In this document: one piece after another, positions 13,339 through 26,408 of the stretch
Numbering within the stretch: the stretch's first letter is position 1
How the letters are laid out: each line of letters starts with the position of its first letter
Assembly (NCBI GenBank): GCA_001938485.1
Contig: MQRK01183883.1
Span: forward strand, 19,079 to 73,577
DNA: 54,499 nucleotides
Reading direction: 5' to 3'
From: Girardia tigrina
Lineage: Eukaryota
Notes under the pieces: model-generated
What the model saw: the letters and a program-made list of their open reading frames with translations, nothing else
What the model was told of the DNA's origin: nothing
Databases searched by the model: none
Program-made: the position numbers and the translations under genes

Positions 13339-16142
13339 CTACAAAATCTTTAAAATCCTTTTCATACTTAGGCATTCTCTTAAAACAATATTTGCCATTC
13401 TTTGTTGAAAACGCTGTTTAATCTTTGATTCTTCTCCTAATTCAATCTGATAGTATGCATTTCCCAGATCGATTGTACTAAAATATTTTGCTCCATTCAA
13501 CGTGTTTAACATATCATCCACATTTGGCATGGAAAATGCCTGTCTTACCGTAATTTTATTCAACTGTCGAAAATCGACACATACTCGAATGTCTTGTTTC
13601 TCTTTTTTCCATACACACACCAGAAGGAAGTTCCATGGAGAACTACACTTTTCAATTATACCGTTTTCTTTAAAATTTCTAATGGCATCCTTTAGTTTCC
13701 CTTCAAAATGTTGTGGCAGTTGATAAGGCTTCACTAAGACTGGTTCTCCCCGAGATTCTATTTTGTATTTCGTTAAGAAGGTTTTCCCAACATCCCACTT
13801 GTCAGCTATGAAAATTGATTTATATTCTGTTAATAATGTCATTAATTGGTTGTCAACTTTGGTGTCATATATTTCCTTAATTCTCTTTAGTCTGTCATCA
13901 TCTGTTGGACTTTCTCTTATCATCCATATATCACCTGATTCTATAGTTTCTTTCTTTAGTTTTATTCCAAATTTGTCTAAAAAGTAAATTCCTGCTTTCA
14001 TATCTGGATTGAGTTCTTTGACTACATAAAACTCTATAATTTTTTGTACTCCTTCTATTATTACTTTTAATTTAACGATTCCATAATTTATAAGTTCTGA
14101 ATCATTTGCACAATAAATGCGTTTACTCGTCTTTTATATGAACATCTTTCATACTTCTAAGTATATCTGCTTTAACAATATTTACTTTGGCACCGGTATC
14201 CAAAAGACATTCAACATTTATATTCTTTGTATTCGATCCTTGGTCTTCCATTCAATTTGTCATATCTAATATAAAGCTTTGATATTTCCAACATTTCTTC
14301 CTGTTTCAACTTTTTCGATTTTATCTTTAATTCCTTATCAAAACAGTCTGTGTCAAACTCTTCTTTCTAACATTCTATTTCACAAACTTCAAGAGGGGGA
14401 TCTTCCAACACACAATCACACATACATAACTGTAAAGTAACAACTTTACTTTCCCGAATGTGCAACAGTTTGTTGATGATATCACATCAACTCGAACAAT
14501 ATTGCATTATATGATGTAAGAAGCACACAAAATTGATATAAAAGTAATTTTGTAATTTTGTATTTTTTAAAATAAAATTTATTTAATATTTTTGTCTTCT
14601 TATCCTTTTTATATATAAAAAAATGAATGAATACAAAAATACCATTACATACACAAACACATACACAAACATTTTTATTTTTAGGGCAGCAAACTGATTA
14701 CCTCTCCTTGTGATCGTGAATCCTCGTTTCCCTGGTCTTTATCGTATACTTGTATATTATCTGTAAACATTATTTGCCTCGAGTTTTCTTCATTTGATCG
14801 TGTTTCCCCGTATTCGTTATAATCCTTGCCATCATACATTTCTGCAATATCATACCTTCGATTTTGATGCTTCTGTTGATTTCATGGGTTATTTGTTCTT
14901 TGCCATTTATTTTTTCTGGCATCTTGGTCTCTTTCTTTAAATCTATCCTTGTTCATGTAGCATTGAGTCATGATATGGCCATTTTTATTGCAATAAGAAC
15001 ACTTTATATTTGGACAGTTTCTTCTTATGTTTCTTTCTTTGTGATATGCCCAGGATTTTACAACTTTTGAATAGTTATTTTTTGGTTTTTATTCATTATT
15101 TCTTTGACTACTGTACCTATTTTCGAAATTTCTTTTTTGGGTTCGTTTTTATATTGTAGTTTACGTTTGCCTACCGCTTTCCATTCATCATGTTTACCTA
15201 CCGTATTGTATGCCGCAACTGTTTCTTCGTTTTCCATTTTCTGTAGTTCATACTTATTCGAAACTACATCTTTTATATCCTTTGTTTCGGTAGCTCCTCT
15301 CAATTTCAATTCTATTTTCACCTCAATCGTCAACCATATTCATGCAAATAAGGTTGAGCAGCTTTTTCTTAGAAAGTTTACTTTCTGTTAATATCGTTAC
15401 TAATTCTTCGACTTTTTTGAACATTTCTTCGTGATCTGAAGATCCCCACCGGAGATTTAAAATATCCTTCATTGTGTCAAGCAGAAATTTTTCTTTCACA
15501 AATGCCGTTTTCAGTTTTTCTTTATACGTATTTCCATCTGCTTCTGAAAATTTTGTGATAGCTGATGGAGTCATGAAGATCGTCACCAACACTAATGTTC
15601 TCACTTCTGTTATACCCACAATATCAGCATAAAGTTCGAAATTTTTTATGAAGTCATCTAATTTCGACTCGGATTCATCGAATTTTTCGTGTCCCATAAT
15701 GTTCGTTGTCACATGAGCTGTGGTCGCCATATTAACAAAATCAATATGAGGTTTACAATATTTATTAATATCACAAGCGCATTCACTATTTGACATTTTT
15801 CTTGATCAATATATTTCTGAATTCATACTAATTTTTTCAAAAAATGAAAATCATTTAATAAAAATTATTAATTAAAAAGATTCTAATTGGTTAAAATTAA
15901 ATCTAAACAGTTGTTTTTAAAAAGTACATATTAAATTAATATACTAAAATTTTAAATTACATAAATTTAAATATTACTTTCAAAATTTATTTTAAATCTT
16001 TTTACTTTAAAATTAAATTATATTATTTTTAATTAGTAAATATCAAAGAAAATACCAATCATCCATCTTGGTAAGAGAGGCACAATCCGAATCAACATAC
16101 AACATGCACAATATCAACAAACAATTCAAAAAATTCCTGACA
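13339..16142 (-). mobile_element. Ty3/Gypsy element B: 5' LTR, PBS, gag, protease and 3'-truncated RT
   Basis: LTR 16142-15730; PBS-like TGGCGACCAC from 15729; gag 15796 to about 14685 with zinc knuckle CSYCNKNGHIMTQC (15001-14960); slippery site GGGAAAC at 14732-14726; protease CLLDTGAKVN near 14200; RT motifs SSPWN, RVCVDFRQLN, FSTIDLGNAYYQI; broken before YxDD. Confidence 0.9.
14512..14671. mobile_element. Probable short solo LTR inserted in the pol 5' region of element B
   Basis: 160-bp AT-rich TG...CA segment starting TGATGTAAGAA (same start at 16349). Removing it plus 5 nt rejoins the -1 pol frame (NQFAALKIK-MQYCSS). Target-site duplication is imperfect. Confidence 0.4.
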
Positions 16143-16599
16143 ATAATAATGTGGATTTTGATAACATAGCATTAAAAATAAATGATTTATTTCTTCCTTA
16201 AATGTTGTTGTTTTTTGTTTCTTCACTTTTAAATAATCAGTTTTATAGACATACATTTTACCAAAAATCAACAAACATCGAGCACATCAAAAAAATAAAT
16301 GTAAATTAATAAAAAAGGGTTCATTTAATATAAATAAAATATATTTGGTGATGTAAGAAACAATAAGTGTGTAAATGATATTTACAGACATAAATTAATA
16401 TTTTATGTGCAAAAATAATAGAAAGCCAATATATATAATAAAGTTATCAATATAATTTTAGGTATGTACGGTGAACAGAATCTGATGTTTTTGGACTCTG
16501 AACAAAAACTATGAATAGCAAATTTAATACGGTTTAAAAATTTGATTATTACAGTGCTTTGCAAAAATATAATTTTTTTTATTCTTATTCCGACTTCTT

Positions 16600-18205
16600 T
16601 TATTCTTATTCTTATTTTTATTCTTATTCCGACATATTTATTCCGACATTCTGACATGGATTCATGCAAACCATAAAAATCATTGTTAGGAGAACTCACA
16701 CATTTGACAGAACATTTATTACATTCACAGTTTTGATCATCTCTATGACGATCAATAGTAATGCTTTCACTTAAATCCACCATTCAATGTTTAATACTTC
16801 TCATTCCAATCTGAACTAACGTGAAGTAAATTATTTTATTTAAAATATTTAATTTAAATTTTATTTGCTAAAATAAATTAATTTTTATAATTATTTTTAA
16901 CATTAATTTGATTTTAATTATTTAAAAATTTACAAAAATAAAAATTAAAAATTTGAATATTAAACCTAAATTTAAATAAATTAGTTTCAGATTATAAGAA
17001 TTAAAATATTGATCATCCATCTGATTAGGAGACGCACAATCCAAAATAAACACACAACATTTAAACATGCAAACACAACAAAAACAATTACACACCCCAT
17101 ATTCCTCACATCCCCCTCGATTTAAATGGATTTAGCCATTCCATATTTCTTATCAAAATTCTACCATCTTCTAGCTCCAATTCATAACTTCTTTCATGCC
17201 TTCAGCTTTTTACTGTGGCTGGACCCATTATCGATCTTTTTCTTTTGTAGCTTTTTCTTTTTTTATCAACACTTTATTTCCGTATGAAATATTCGTTTTG
17301 TCTCTATCGTATTTTCGCTCTTTTCTTTCTTATTACAACTCTGTTTCATAGTATCTTTCCACCAATGTCTTAGCTTCCTACCAAATATCATTTCTGCTTG
17401 TGAGATACCTGTGATAGCTTGAATTGTGCTGTTCATCATACCTTCTACTTCTGGAAAAATTTCCGTCCAATCTTTGTGGGCTTGATCTTTTATCCTTATG
17501 TTCATAGCATCTCTAATAGTTCTAAATTGTCTTTCAATGATGCCATTGGTATTGTGATGATAAGGACTGGAGTAAATTATTTCTGTTTTAAATCTCTTCA
17601 ATGTGTCTTTGAAGAGTGTCGATTCGAATGCTTCACCTCTATCCACATGTATCTCTTTTGGTGATCCGAATTTCCAAATCCATCTGTCCAGTAGTACCTT
17701 CGGTGCAGTTTTCTCATCTTGATGAATTACAGCATTTAGACTTATATACCTGCTAAATTGATCGATTATTGCTAATATATATTGATATCCATTTAAAGTC
17801 CTTTTAAATGGTCCGCAAAAATCCATAAACAGCTTTTGAAATAGTTCATCAGCAAATTGTTTAATAAAACTTTCTTTCGTTTTTGTGGTTAAAGTCTTTC
17901 TCTTTTGACAGTTTATGCAAAATTTTACAATTTCCTTAATGATCTCTCTCATATTAACCATATCAAAATCATCTTTCAAATATTTTTAAACCATTTTACT
18001 AGCTGCATGGCACAGCATCTTGTGAGCGTCTTCCACGAATTCTATCCTTGTGGTTCTCGGAATTTAATATTTGTTATCTATTGTTGTCAAAATATTGTCT
18101 TTCAGTATCTATATCTTTGTTCTTCCCATTCTAATATCTTCTCTGATCTGATTTATTTCGTCATTATCTTTCTGCCACTTGAACTCTTTTGATTCTTCGT
18201 CTAAA
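16600..18205 (-). mobile_element. Ty3/Gypsy element A: integrase, polypurine tract and 3' LTR
   Basis: Integrase ORF 17979-17266 (CINC zinc motif, DFCGP, IDQFSR, DRG, NGIIERQFRT); purine tract GAGGGGGA (17118-17111) directly precedes TGTGAGGAAT at 17110; LTR closely matches the copy at 22358. Confidence 0.9.
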
Positions 18206-19599
18206 GCCAAGAAAAGGAAAGTGATATTCATCGATTTGGAAAAGGCATTTGATAGTGCTTCAAGTGAAGTTCTGCGGGCCTGTCTGAAAAGATTCGGCTT
18301 GACCGACAAGATTCTCTACCTGATAGAGAAATTCCATGAAAGCTTTATTGCCTCTGTAGGAGATTTTGAGTTTCTCATGGATATCGGTCAGCTGTTGCGT
18401 TGTGGAATGAGTAAGTTACGCGAATTGCAGTCTGCAATTCAAAGTACCCGAGTTCCTCTAGCTCTGAAAAGAAGACTAATCGAATCAAGCCTTTTTCCTG
18501 CAGAATATTATGGGAGTGAGTGCTTGGCAGCAGCTGAAAAAGATGTAGCTCGACTACAAGCTTTTCATAATACCTTCACACGAACTGCTCTTGGTAAGGC
18601 TAAACTTGACAGAATACGTAATACGGATATTTCAATTGGTTTGCCCGAGGCACGTGTGGTACTGGTGAAACGGCGTATTGTATTCTATGAGTACAATAAA
18701 CGAAAAGGTGTACGTGAGGTAAAAAGAGTACTAAACTCTAAAATTGCCTCAGGAAATAGAAAAGCCAGCGACCATAAAAAGCAGTTGATGAAAGAGCGTA
18801 TCGCCAGCGATATGCTCTAGTTATTCGGTGGCCAAGAAGATATGGTCGAATACCAGGAATGCTTAAATGAGAGAAGAATTCTCGACACTGACGAGAAATT
18901 CAAACACCTAATCAAATAAACTGTGTCTGAGAAACTGATAGAAGTTATTGAACAATTAAAAGAGTACCCGAAAATGATCCAGCTGCATATCAAGAGTACA
19001 ATGCACGTATCCTTCTTGTTTGAAAGCTTTTTCAGAGCGGAAGAAACTAAGAAGACACATCGAAAACGTGCATACGCTCACGACGCCGCAGTGTCAGATT
19101 GGTAACAAACCTTTTCGGTATCCCATGGAAAATTGTCACAAGACATATAAAACGGATGGATTGTTAGAGACATTTATTGATTGATCACCGAACTCAAGGC
19201 AGTAATAGTGGTACTAGTGTTTCACAAAATAACGCAGATAGAAGATGTACAAAATCATTGAACCCGATCGCGATGCATGATGTGCTAGTGCCCCTCGATG
19301 GTATTTACTCATTGTATGAAATGTGTTTACACAGTCAAAGCTCTACAGAATCACGGCACGAGGGCTCATGATTTGTCCTTTCTGACTGGGAAACCAAAGT
19401 GTATCCTTGCGTTGAAAGCTTGCATTCTTGCATCTACAGCCGTGCGAAAAATTCAGTAGGCTCTGTATTGTCAATTTTTGGTTTCTACCCGATATAGAGT
19501 CTATGAATCACTACCCTGTACGCCAATGCTGGTACTATAGTCTCTACAATACTCAGTTATCCGTTCAATCAGGGGAGGCTTATTAATATCCTTCATCAC
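18200..19599 (+). mobile_element. 5'-truncated RTE-like non-LTR retrotransposon with internal RT deletion and a C2H2 zinc-finger tail
   Basis: FIDLEKAFDS...LKRFG, then a jump to YYGSEC...LQAFHNTFTR...DRIRNTDI (RTE-type thumb) with no YADD. Downstream frames encode CTYPSCLKAF...RHIENVH and two decayed fingers. Confidence 0.8.
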
Positions 19600-20070
19600 T
19601 GTGAGGAATATTTTTGAATGGTGTTCATTATGTGTTGTTTTGTATGTCGTTTTAGGATTGTGTTTCTCCCACCCAGGTGGAAGATTGATATCTTAAATAT
19701 TTTAAAACGTCGAGTTGTTTAATCAATTATTAAAAGTTAAATAATCCCTTTAAAATTAAACTAATATTTCATAAATAATATTTTAATAATAATTTCTTAA
19801 AATAAATAAAAATTATTTTAAATTTCAATTATAAATAATTTTTGTCATAATTAAATTGTATTTTAAATTTGTTTGAATAATAATATGTTAAATAATATTA
19901 TTAAGATTATCAATCAAGAACGATAACGAGCTACGCAAGTTTTACGGAGAATTGTTGTAGTGACAATTCAAATTGTGATAATAATAAATGTAAAGGAAAC
20001 TCAATTAGTGTTCTTCACAATCACAATTCTTTGACAGATTAAATAAGTGTAAACACTTCAAGAATATACA
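19600..20070 (+). mobile_element. Solo LTR, TGTGAGGAAT family
   Basis: TGTGAGGAAT start, conserved TCTCCCACCCAGGTGGAAGATTGATA core, Cys/Asn-rich 3' part; right boundary approximate. Confidence 0.7.
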
Positions 20071-20826
20071 AATTAAATAAATTTAATTCGTAAATTTATA
20101 ACCAAAAGATGTTAAGACTTCATACAGTTCGATTAAGAGAAATACATCTGTTCCTAAAATCGAAGATTTTACAAATTAGAAATAACACAGTCATATTTTT
20201 AAAGATGAATTCATTTTGCCAAGACAAACACGTTTACTGTTATCTTTTAAAATTTGTAAAAAATTGAAATTTATTTTTGTCAAAAAAATTTCTAATTATT
20301 TTGAAAAAGCAATTTTAAATTCCAAGGTTATATTATACACTTTTAAAAGTTATATTTTAACGCTTTAATTATAAATGCATCTGTTTTTTCTACAATCAAT
20401 AATATGATAATAATAAAATTAGTGTCTGAAAAAAATAATAAAAAGTAATTAAATGCAAATAAGGCGACAGATTTCTGCACTGATAAATATTCAATTAAGA
20501 TATGACAGCAACAAAAAATTATCTTTTACATAATTGTAATAATTTTAATTTAACTCAAATATATTTTTCTAATATTATTTTGAATCAAAGTTCTTACTTT
20601 AAAATATATATCTAAAAATGCTTTAAATTTTTTAAATCATTTTGTTTAAATAATACGTATCGAAGAGAAAATATTAGCGGCAATTTAACGTATTATAATT
20701 TAATATATGATATTAAATAATCTATCATAAATGAATGATAGAAAAAGCAATAATAACATTTTTAACACTGGAAAAAATGTAAATTTAATAAAATTATAAA
20801 AATACAATTGATATCATCGAAAATAG

Positions 20827-21059
20827 GAAGTCAATCAAATGAAAGAAAACTTAGCAAAACTTTATAATTTAACTGATGAAGAAAAATCAGAAGAAAGTTT
20901 ATTGCAAGCTCGGATTGAAGAGCAGTCTCATTTAATTATGATGCTTAAGAAACGAGCCGATGAATATTTATTGAAATATCAGTCTTTAGAGAGAGAAAAT
21001 AAAGAATTAGAAGCGAAATTCGTCACTATGAATAATAAAAGTAAAGCCGATGACAAAAA
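20827..21059 (+). CDS. CCDC89: CCDC89-like coiled-coil protein, exon (EVNQMKENLAKL...ADDK)
   Basis: MKENLAKLYNLTDEEKSEESLLQARIEEQSHLIMMLKKRADE closely resembles the conserved CCDC89 N-terminal block as recalled (LxxLxxLSxEExSExxMLRSRIEEQSQLIxILKRRxDE). AG acceptor at 20825-6; phase-2 GTTGAT donor at 21060. Confidence 0.85.
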
Positions 21060-21108
21060 GTTGATTTTTAAGGAAATTCTACATTTATATAAACAGTGTT
21101 TATTGCAG

Positions 21109-21342
21109 ATATCGAGTAATCTACCAGAACTATGGGAAATTGACTCAAGCGTATGACGAAATGAAGGTGGAGCTCGACAATGTAAAGGAGATAAATGAAA
21201 AAATGAAACAACAAACCGATCATTTGAAATCAGAAATTTTATCTCTCTCAGAACAATTGGAAAATTATTCTGGTACTGATTTACTGAAAGAAGAAATGGC
21301 ATCTATGAAACACAAAAATGATCAATTAGAAATTGATATCAA
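21109..21342 (+). CDS. CCDC89: CCDC89-like exon (YRVIYQNYGKLTQAY...QLEIDI)
   Basis: Follows a 49-nt GT-AG intron (21060-21108); 234 nt, phase 2 at both ends, open coiled-coil frame; GTAAAG donor at 21343. Confidence 0.85.
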
Positions 21343-21639
21343 GTAAAGTTTTGGAGTACAGGTTTTATCGTTTTCATTATTGATGATTATGTTTTAGAAA
21401 ATTTAGTCACAAAAATTGGTTTTAGTTAATTTTAATAATCAAATTTAATATTATGTCGTTTTATTTCTTCGTTTTTTCCTGAAAACAGTCATTAAAACTA
21501 TTTATAAACAATTTGAATAGTGTGCAGTAATTTTAAAAACTATTAGGAGAGTCTCCTTTGAGACATTATTGATCAAATCATTTAATCCATCAATTAATTA
21601 TTGAAACAAACATCGCGATCGATTTGAATTTTGAAAATT

Positions 21640-22200
21640 TTCTAATGTTTTAACACAGACATGTCGACAATAATTGAATATCATCCTTATTTGCGACATG
21701 GATGAAGGTCGTTTCTCCATTTTCCCACTTAGAACAATCAAGTCAATCTCAAAAACAATCAAGAGTTTTATGAAGCATAAGTATCTCGAGAGGAACGATT
21801 TTTTATTTTATTACTAAATTTATTTTCCTTATTTTTAATGAAAAACAGAAATGCTTCAGAATGGAATAAGGGGCTATCGAGATTTTAATTAAATTTCTTC
21901 GAGCCACCAATCATTTAGCCTATCATCCAGGGATTTGGATCGAAAAGAAAGAGTGCTTTGTAATTTCTTTGCTCCAGTACTTTCGATGAAATATTAAGTT
22001 TTCAGTTGCAAATCACTCAAATCTTCTGTGACGAGATCTTTCACTAACCATAAATATAAATTAAATGTCTGATCTAAAGCAGAAATCGGTATTTTTGGTA
22101 TTTTATCATCGAAAAGTTTGTGCATTTAACTTGATCACATCAACATTCATTTTCGCTGACTAGCGATCAAAAGTTTGTAATAATTCTTAAAAATCAACAA
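21640..22200 (-). mobile_element. Decayed non-LTR (L1/Tx1-like) C-terminal fragment
   Basis: Reverse strand CSKWENGETTFIH resembles the CxxC...ETxxH motif; many stops. Confidence 0.3.
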
Positions 22201-22357
22201 ACGCATATTTCTAAAAATAATTTTTTAAATCACAGCAAATAAAAACTGCATTGATTGGAAAAAAGTTTTTTTCAGATCCAAATGGAGTTTTTGATTATTA
22301 GAAAGATATACCACTTTTCTTTATGCATATCTTGGAATGATAAAATAATGTAATGAT

Positions 22358-22859
22358 TGTGAGGAATTTTGGTGTGTTGATGTTTTTGAGTAGTGTTTGC
22401 ATGTTTAAATGTTGTGTGTTGATTTGGGATTGTGCCTCTCCTAACCAGATGGATGATTAATATTTGAATTCTTATTATCTCAAACTAATTTATTCAAATT
22501 TTTATTTTTGTAAATTTTTAAATAATTAAAATAAAATTAATGTTTAAAAATGATTATAAAAGTAGTTTTGTTTTAGCCAATAAAATTTAAATAATATATT
22601 TTAAATAAAATAATTTTCTTCAAGTTAGTTCAGATTGGGATGAAAAGTATTAAACATTGAGTGATTGATTTAAGGGAGAGATATACTATTGATCGTCATA
22701 GAGATGATCAAAACTGTGAATGTAATAAATGTTCTGTCAAATGTGTGATTTCTCTTAACAATGATTTTTTATGGTTTGCGTGGATCCATGTCAGAATGTC
22801 GGAATAAATATGTCGTTGTTTTATGTGTGAAAAATAAAAAGAAAAAATTCTTTTACACA
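22358..22859 (+). mobile_element. Solo LTR, TGTGAGGAAT family
   Basis: TG...CA, about 500 bp, high identity to the reverse complement of 16640-17110. Confidence 0.85.
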
Positions 22860-23004
22860 AAAATCTTTATTGGATTAAAAAAAACTTCCCAAATTTTGTT
22901 TATTAAAACAAAATTGTTGATTGATTTTTTTTTATTGCGTTTCTTGTTTAACATTTATTTTTGGTCCCCAGTCGCGAGGATTAATAAGATGGGGGACATA
23001 AAAA

Positions 23005-23300
23005 AATACTAATGAGTAGGGGGATGAGTACTGGAATGGACGGCCTTGAATGCATTTACACGGAAGGCTGAGTCCAGAACGGGGCGTGGACAACCTGCGA
23101 TGGAGGTGTCGAAAGAAATGCGGCCACGTGCGGTTGGCTGTTCCTTGAAAGTAGTTAGGTCCTTATCCGATAGTGGATTTTGCTACAGGATGTCTTGGGT
23201 GAATAATGGTTCAAAGTCCAATGAAGCCAAATACATATTTGAGAGACTGTCTCTGTTTTATCTGTGAAAGAATTCAACAGCATGGATGGACAGAGGGTAA
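23005..23300 (-). mobile_element. Gypsy pol fragment (just upstream of the integrase zinc-binding domain)
   Basis: GC-richer island; reverse strand FDTSIAGCPRPVLDSAFRVNAFKAVHSSTHP resembles the typical DTSTGxPRPxVPxxFRxxxFxxxHxxxHP motif. Confidence 0.6.
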
Positions 23301-23539
23301 GAATAATATTACTGCACATCTTTCAAGATTTTGAAAGTTTATAGAAGAATTTGTCGTGTGAAGATATTGTAATTGTCATGTCCTAAAATTAATGTTCAAA
23401 TGGTAGTCTCAACTAGTTTATAGAGAATATTTTATTAGCATTATTTCATATAATCAATTACCGATTCGTGATTTTGCATTTCAATCGATTAGTTACGTGT
23501 TACTATTTAAATTTTTTAGCAATATTTATTATATTTATT

Positions 23540-24740
23540 TTTATATTTACAGCTTTCAAATCTATAAACAACGTATTGTATCGAGCACTTCACGAGAAAT
23601 TACCGGTTTTGAGTTAAAGTTTAAATGACATCCACATACCTGATCAATTGACACAAACTATTTCATGCCAATTATTTTTATTGTGTATCAGTGAGGATAA
23701 ATCAATTATATTACTTGGAACAATAAGTAATTTACAAATGTTATCCAGCAATAACCATTGGTTCATGGACGGTACATTTCGGGTTAAACATCCCTTTTAT
23801 AAACAAATCTTTACAATCCATGCACTGCTCCAAAGTAAAGTACTTCCATTAATTTATTGTATTCTGATAGATAAAAAAGCTGAAACATACACATCAGTTT
23901 TTCGTAAAATTCGAAATTTATGTCCGGAGCATAATTTGATTCTTACGCCAAATTTAATCACATTGGATTTCGAGAAAGGTTTAATAGTTGCGTTACAACA
24001 GGAGTTTTCGCAAAGTCTTCTACGCGGTTGTTATTTTCATTTCTGCCAAGCGGTATTTAGACAAGTTCAGAGATTAAGTTTTAGTGTCGATGATGGTAAT
24101 AATCAGGAACTTAGAACGAAAATACGTATGCTTATAGCTTTGGCGTTTGTTCCTGAATAAATTGTTCAACAAACTTTCGACAGACTGAGGAACGAGGCAC
24201 CGGTAATTATTAGACATTTATTCCAGTACTTCATCCAGCAATGGTTATTAAAATTTAAGAAAGAAATGTGGAATATGTATGGCATCAGACGGTACACTAA
24301 CAATGATGTTGAAGAGTGGCACAACCATTTCAATAATTTAGTTGTTAAGCAACACCCGAATATTTATGATTGAATATCATGCATAATAAAGAAACAAGGA
24401 TTTACAGAAACATTGATGACACAAATTTATGCTGGGCAAGTTATTAACAAAACAAATAAAAAATATAATTTTATAAGTCAACGTGTTTCAAACTTGCAAC
24501 TACGTTTTGATAATGGTGAAATTGGTATCATGGAGTTTATTCGTGGAATTTCTTTCAGTTTAAACACACCAATTGCATTTTGACAGTGTATTTAAAGTTG
24601 GAATTTGCTTAAAATAAAATTTTATATCTAATTGACTTTTTTTCTATTTGGAAAGTAAATCGTTGTTTTGAGAATCGCTGTTATGGGATTCGCTGTTTTG
24701 GGATTTGCTGTTATGTAATTCGCTGTTATGGGGATATTCT
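23540..24740 (+). mobile_element. MULE (Mutator-like) transposase pseudogene with right terminal repeat array
   Basis: WFMDGTF, QIFTIHA, LPLIYCIL.DKKAETY, DFEKG, GCYFHFCQA, TNNDVEEWH; ends in 15-bp tandem units (ATTCGCTGTTATGGG) at 24658-24740. Confidence 0.9.
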
Positions 24741-24863
24741 ATATTTATACTCTAAAGTTTAAATATTTTTAATAAAGATTATTTTTTACTTCTCTCTGAC
24801 TAATTCTACAAAATACAAATATTTATTTATTTATCATTTATTTTTACAAATTCTGTCATTCAG

Positions 24864-25098
24864 AAGTTTAAATAAGAAATATTCGCAAAGCTTGTCACAA
24901 CATCAACTCGAAATCAGCAAAGCTAACGAAACTATTAATTCTTTAAACGAAAAACTGAAAGAAAAAGAAGCAAATTTTAGTAAAACTATTGCAGAATCCG
25001 AGAAACTGCTCGAAAACCTAAGGAAAGAAAATACGGAATCAATTAATGAAATCGGAACTCTGAAAGGTACTGTAGATTCACAAGGCCGGATTATAAAA
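24864..25098 (+). CDS. CCDC89: CCDC89-like exon (SLNKKYSQSL...SQGRIIK)
   Basis: TTCAG acceptor; phase-2 entry matches the donor at 21343; coiled-coil heptads; phase-0 GTAAAT donor at 25099. Confidence 0.85.
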
Positions 25099-25352
25099 GT
25101 AAATATTATCTATTTATTCTATGAATTATTTTTCTATTATTTTTAAGAGATTATTATGTCCAAATTGTATTTTATTTTAAGAATTTGATGATTTTCCTGC
25201 ATCAATTTAGATCCCGTTTAAAATAATTAAGATATTTAACATTTTTAGAAATAGAGAAAAACTTTTTTATATTTAATTATATTTTACAATGATAAAATAA
25301 ATTTATTAACATTATTGATAAAAATAAAAAGCGAATTGATGTATATTTACGT

Positions 25353-25950
<598 letters not shown>

Positions 25951-26185
25951 ATTTACGTCAATATTTAGTAATTTATCAAAACACAATTATAGACAGGGTT
26001 GGAAAACTTTTTCTTTGGAGGGTTATATTGAAACCTTTATTGCTATCGGGAGCCGTATATGTATAAGAACTAATTTAATTGCAACTAGTAACATATAGCA
26101 ATGATAACAATGATAAAGAATATATTCATGTTTTGTCATCCGTGAAATAATTTTACACATTTTATTCTACAATTAGTGTTATTAA

Positions 26186-26408
26186 CTCTTTCGAGACTAT
26201 CGGTACATATACGTATCACTAAATTACACAACTGAAGCGTTCTTTGAGTTAAATTCGAGTGAAATGCATGTATGTTTATTATTTGGTGACGTATAATTGC
26301 GTAGGTTTTGATGTTTGATTTGCACTTTTTCAATAGATTAGTTTCTGACAACATTTTAAAAACACAAAAAAACATATTCGTACTTAGAAAAAATCCGTCT
26401 CGAAAGGG
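26186..26408. mobile_element. piggyBac-type MITE
   Basis: TTAA on both flanks; 12-bp TIR C(C/T)CTTTCGAGAC / GTCTCGAAAGGG. Confidence 0.8.

Noticed and set aside
14430-14700. Intron between gag and pol
   Set aside because: A -1 slippery site plus a TG...CA insert explains the gap more simply.
13502-17664. Plus-strand ORFs overlapping Gypsy genes (and similar antisense ORFs over Tc1, mariner and Tigger)
   Set aside because: Shadow frames of the real opposite-strand coding sequences.
20839-21156. ORF-track 105-aa protein as a single CDS
   Set aside because: The 3' part reads through the 49-nt intron in the wrong frame.
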